Origin: Antedon mediterranea
Lineage: Eukaryota; Animalia; Echinodermata
Length of the DNA: 64,000 nt
Reading direction: 5' to 3'
Assembly (NCBI RefSeq): GCF_964355755.1
Contig: NC_092671.1
Location: forward strand, 25,618,070 to 25,682,069
Position numbers and translations under genes: made by a program. Shown here piece by piece: positions 59,690-64,000 of the stretch. Every line of letters starts with the position of its first letter. Positions within the stretch are counted from its first letter, which is position 1. The notes beneath the pieces are model-generated. The model saw only the letters and a program-made list of their open reading frames with translations. It ran no database searches and was not told where the DNA came from.

Positions 59690-62600
59690 AACAAACAAAA
59701 CAAACAAAATTGAAATTGAAATTGAAATAGATAAATAATTAAATAAATAAATAAATAAATAAAAACAGTATAATGTACCATATTAATTGTAACGATAAAA
59801 ATACTAACAATGGAAATAATGCAGTGATAATAACAAATCAAATGTCGAGAGAAAATGAATTAACCAGTAGCTTAAAAATAAAGATAACTGGTGACAAACA
59901 TATCATGAATTTTATGTTTGAACATACCAATACTGGTTGACATTTTAATGTCATTGGGTAGTGAGTTCCACACATTAGTGCCTCTGTATATGACACTTTG
60001 TTGGCCCAATAGGGTCCCTTTGAAAGCAGTGCTTAAATTGTCTTTAGCCCTTGTCTCATAATTATGTTTGGAATTGTTTGTAGCAAAGAAAGAAACAAAA
60101 GTAATAGGCAACTTCTTATGATTAATTGATGAAGATCGAATAATGGGTTTGGGGAGTGACCATAATGTTTTATTATTAAAATTATTTGTAAAATGTGTTG
60201 GTAAAGTATACGTTAATCGTAATACCAGATATAGCTGGGACTTTAAACAAGTGCAAGATTTTGAATTATTTCATGGTAAAATAGAAGAAAAGTTTAAAGA
60301 TTGGAATGCCGATTCATACCATGATGTTGACATGCTTTGGGAATCATGGAAACAAAATTTAATTGAAGCGGCCCGCGAAGGAATTGGTGTACGTAAACAA
60401 AAAAATAGTAATAAATGCAATGCTTGGTTTGACAAGGAAGTCGAAACTGCTATAAAACAAAGAAGAGATGCAGCTCGTCTTCATAGAAAATGGGCAAAGA
60501 ATAAAAGTAATTTAGATGAAGGGGAGAAGCTATGGCAAAGCTATCTTGATAAGAAAAATCATACAAAGAATCTAATTAGAAATAAGATTACTGAAATGCA
60601 AGTAAATAGATCGATTGATATTGCCAACAAAAGTGGTCGTAATTGCCGTGACTTTTGGAAAGTGCTTAAAGGAAATACGCGCAAAAATGACACTGTACAA
60701 TGCTTAAAAATACCGGGCACTAATGAAATAACTTGTGACCGAAATAAAATGAACTATACCGTCTTAGAGTATTGGAGTACACTAGGAAAGATGAATAGAA
60801 ATTTAAATTCCGAGTATGATAAAGATTATATAGAGACAGTCAACTTCGTTAATAACCTTAAAATAAATAATGACTGTAGGCAAAATTTTGAGGATAGCAC
60901 TAAATCAATAGTTGACATTAAACTCACATTAGATATAGTTAAATCTGCTATCTACCAATCAAAAAACAACAAATCTGCTGGTTCTGACAATATATCTAAT
61001 GAATTACTTAAAAACGGTGGGACGATTTTAAATAGATTAATGTTATCACTATTCAAAAAAATTGTTAATCTTGAAAAAGTACCGTCGGAATGGAATAGTA
61101 GCATTGTTGTAGGCCTACCTATATATAAAAAGGGTGATAGAAGGGACCTAAATAACTTTAGAGGAATATCTTTAACATCTTGCGTTTCTAAAATATTCAA
61201 TAGAGTTGTACATTACACAGTTTCCGACTTCTTAGAAGAAAACAATACCCTTTCAGAAGTTCAGGGAGGGTTTAGACCCCACCGAAGATGTGAAGACCAC
61301 ATTTTCACTCTTAAAAACATTGCTAGTTGCCGACTTGCGGAAGGCAAGAAGACTTACTTAGCATTCCTTGACATAAAAAAAGCATTTTATAGCGTATGGA
61401 GAGATGGATTGCTAATGGCAATATGGAATATTGGAATTCGTGGTAGATTATGGAATATTATAAGTAGCTTGTACGACAATGTTAAGGGGCAAGTAAGATT
61501 TGGTGACATTGAAACACAGTCTTTTGATATAGAAGAAGGTGTTAAGCAAGGGTGTGTCCTTTCCCCAACCCTGTTTTGCATAATAATGAACGAACTCACT
61601 AAATTATTACGAGAACACGCGTTAGGTGTGCGCATACACGATATCTGCCTTGGTAGCCTTTTTTGGGCCGACGATATTGTACTTTTAGCAGATAGCGAAA
61701 AAGAACTCAATAAAATGTTAGATTTAGTATCCTTATTTGCTAAAAAATGGAAATTTAATTTTAATAGTGAAAAGTCAAATGTTTTGATAATAGGCCAGAA
61801 TCTGAATAGCGAAAAACTTTGGAAATTGAGGGATACTTTTATATCTGAAGTTGAAACATATAAGTATCTTGGTGTATACATTTCTATAAATCTAAAAGAC
61901 AATTTCCACATCAATCAAGTTATTAAAAAGGGCAATAGGATCATTGCGTACATTAAATCTATTATAGATAGACTCAACAATTTTGATCGTGTTGTATATG
62001 GAGATATCCTTTGGAGAAGTATCGGCCTTCCGACTATTAACTATGCTTGTGCTGTATGTGTCAATACAAATACTAAAGACATACAAAGGATTGAGTCTCT
62101 TCAATTACAAATGGCGCGAACAATTCTTAAAGCGAGTAGAAGCACTGCAAAAGAGGCACTTTATGGCGATCTAGGTTGGCAACCAATTAAAGTAACTCAG
62201 GATATTTTTAAAGCAAAATATATAAGAAATGTTATGTGTATGGAAATGTATCGTTGGCCAAAACTTATATTAAACACAATTATTAGACATAAGAATTTTA
62301 ATTCAAGGTACCAATTTATTAATGAATTTGAAAAAACTTGTGATTATATTAAGTTCGATTTCAATGCCATTCTTAATGATATATGTACAGGTACTGATAT
62401 TGATATAAACTGGGTCAAGCCATTTGAAAATACAATTAAACAATCGTATTCTACTTTTTGGAAACAAGAAGTATTAAGAAAATCATCTTTGCTTGATTAC
62501 TCTTTGATAAAAGAGTCATCTAGCCTAGAACCTTACCTACTGGATAAAACAGATTTTTATGGCTCAAGTTTAAAATTTAAACTTCGTTCAAACACTTTAC

Positions 62601-64000
62601 CACTTGGAAAAATTACAAATAAGTGGAACATTGATAATCTAAATGACAAGTGTAAGGTTTGTGGGTCAGGTGATTAAGATGTTAAACATTTCCTGTTTAT
62701 TTGTAATAAGTTACATTGTATTAGAATGGAAGAATTACAAACACTTCAACATAAACTTATTGCAATAAATTGTGTAGATACTTGGGTAAATTTTATTTCT
62801 GGTGACCTATCTATTAAGGTTCAATATGTCCTAGGAAGCACGTTATTCCATAAAAATAACTCTCACGACATTTATGCTGTATTTGACAGTTATTGTAAAA
62901 TGTACACAAGCCGTGCTTGGAAATTAAGAAATGCAATTGTATTACAAATTTGAACTGTTTTATTTAAAAAAAAAGTGTTTTCTTTTCCATTGCTGTTGCA
63001 AAATTAGTAGTTGTATATTAGTGTAGTTTTAGTTTGTAAATAAGTTTTGTAATAGCGTCGAGTCAAATTTTATGTCTATCTCAAATATGTTTTATTTTCA
63101 TTTCAGTTTTTATTTTTCATTGTTTTTGTATTGAATTTTGTAATTGGTATGGACGCACCATCTACGCATGTGTGCCACTGTTAAAAAAGTGTTGTTCCAA
63201 ATAAATATTATTATTATTATGATGAAACTTAAACATGAATATCGCAACACTTTTTTGGTACAGCTCAGATAATTTTAATGTTTTTGTGCGGGCAAAGAGT
63301 GGTAGAGAAGGATGATGAAAAGGAACGTTGCAAACAATTCTAAGTGCTTTCTTTTGTAAAATATAAAGACGATTTAAAATAGTTTGATTAGTAGATCCCC
63401 ATAGTGTTATGGCATATGTTAGGTTAGGTAATATGAGAGAGTTGTATATTTTTAATAGGATTTCGTATGGGAGTACGCATTTTATTTTATTCATGGTGCC
63501 TATAGCTGTTGAAACTTTCTTTGCGATTGAATTTATATGATATGCAAATGATAATTTCTCATCTAGATGAACACCAAGAAACTTTGTTTGATTTACTCGT
63601 TCTATAATATCAGTATTAATTAGCAAAGTTAGATTTGACGTGTCAATTTTTACATTTCTACTACTAAATACAATATAATTCGTTTTTTTGGTGTTCACAG
63701 TTAATCTATTTGCAATAAACCAGTTAGAAAGACATGCCATTTCATAGTTTAAAATATCGAATGCTCTTGTAATATCATTGTGTTGCAGGAACACATTAGT
63801 GTCATCTGCATACATAATAACGTTTGTGTTTCTACAGGCAAATGGGATATCATTTATAAAAATCATGAATAGTAAGGGTCCAAGAATGGACCCCTGTGGA
63901 ACACCGTACTTAATGTATTTGGTTTCTGATTTTTTACCTTCTACGTTTACAAATTGTTTTCTAGTTGATAAGTAACTCTTAAACCAATCTAAAACGACAC
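59690..64000 (-). mobile_element. CR1/L2-type LINE ORF2 3' part, interrupted by a second LINE and running off the window
   Basis: GVPQGSILGPLLF, MYADDT, KFLGV, LYILQKKALRI, and C-terminal GTNVWNSLP..IK. Tail of (TTTCAA)n/(TTTA)n repeats at about 59690-59765. Confidence 0.9.
60123..63216 (+). mobile_element. 5'-truncated LINE (APE end + RT + CCHC finger), 7-bp TSD
   Basis: 844-aa ORF from GSDHN through RGISL, QGGFR, GVKQGCVLSP, FWADD, YKYLG, then CKVC..*..HFLFIC with one premature stop. AATAAA and (ATT)n tail. TTATGAT at 60116-22 and 63217-23. Confidence 0.92.

Noticed and set aside
61387-61914. Antisense ORFs over the RT genes (also 51385-51633, 60952-61200, 39915-40388)
   Set aside because: Shadow frames of retroelement coding sequence.

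Overview
AT-rich, intron-containing animal genomic DNA; the repeat content resembles a marine invertebrate, but I cannot fix the taxon from sequence alone. Host genes: (1) an 11-exon minus-strand ARHGAP1/ARHGAP8-type Sec14/BCH plus RhoGAP gene (CDS 22317 to 1495, about 489 aa when spliced by hand); (2) a divergently oriented, intronless 238-aa orphan ORF (23919-24635); (3) a 5-exon minus-strand SNRPE (Sm E, 92 aa) whose first intron is U12-type. The rest is dominated by tandem arrays and transposable elements. These include MULE-, hAT-, Kolobok-, Harbinger-, Zator-, CACTA- and Helentron-like DNA elements, several LINE relics, a 5S rRNA pseudogene, and a Penelope-like retroelement with a minimal hammerhead ribozyme that sits in (TA)n and is flanked by tRNA-like elements. 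A 10.1-kb block (48709-58812) is a five-level nest of elements with readable TSDs. The most unusual signals are recurrent TA-to-TAGGCCTA and TA-to-TACAGTA micro-insertions, which cluster just downstream of first exons, and a terminally redundant tRNA-containing element beside the Penelope element. All coordinates were read by eye. TE superfamily names are inferred from termini, TSD length and motifs, not from database searches.
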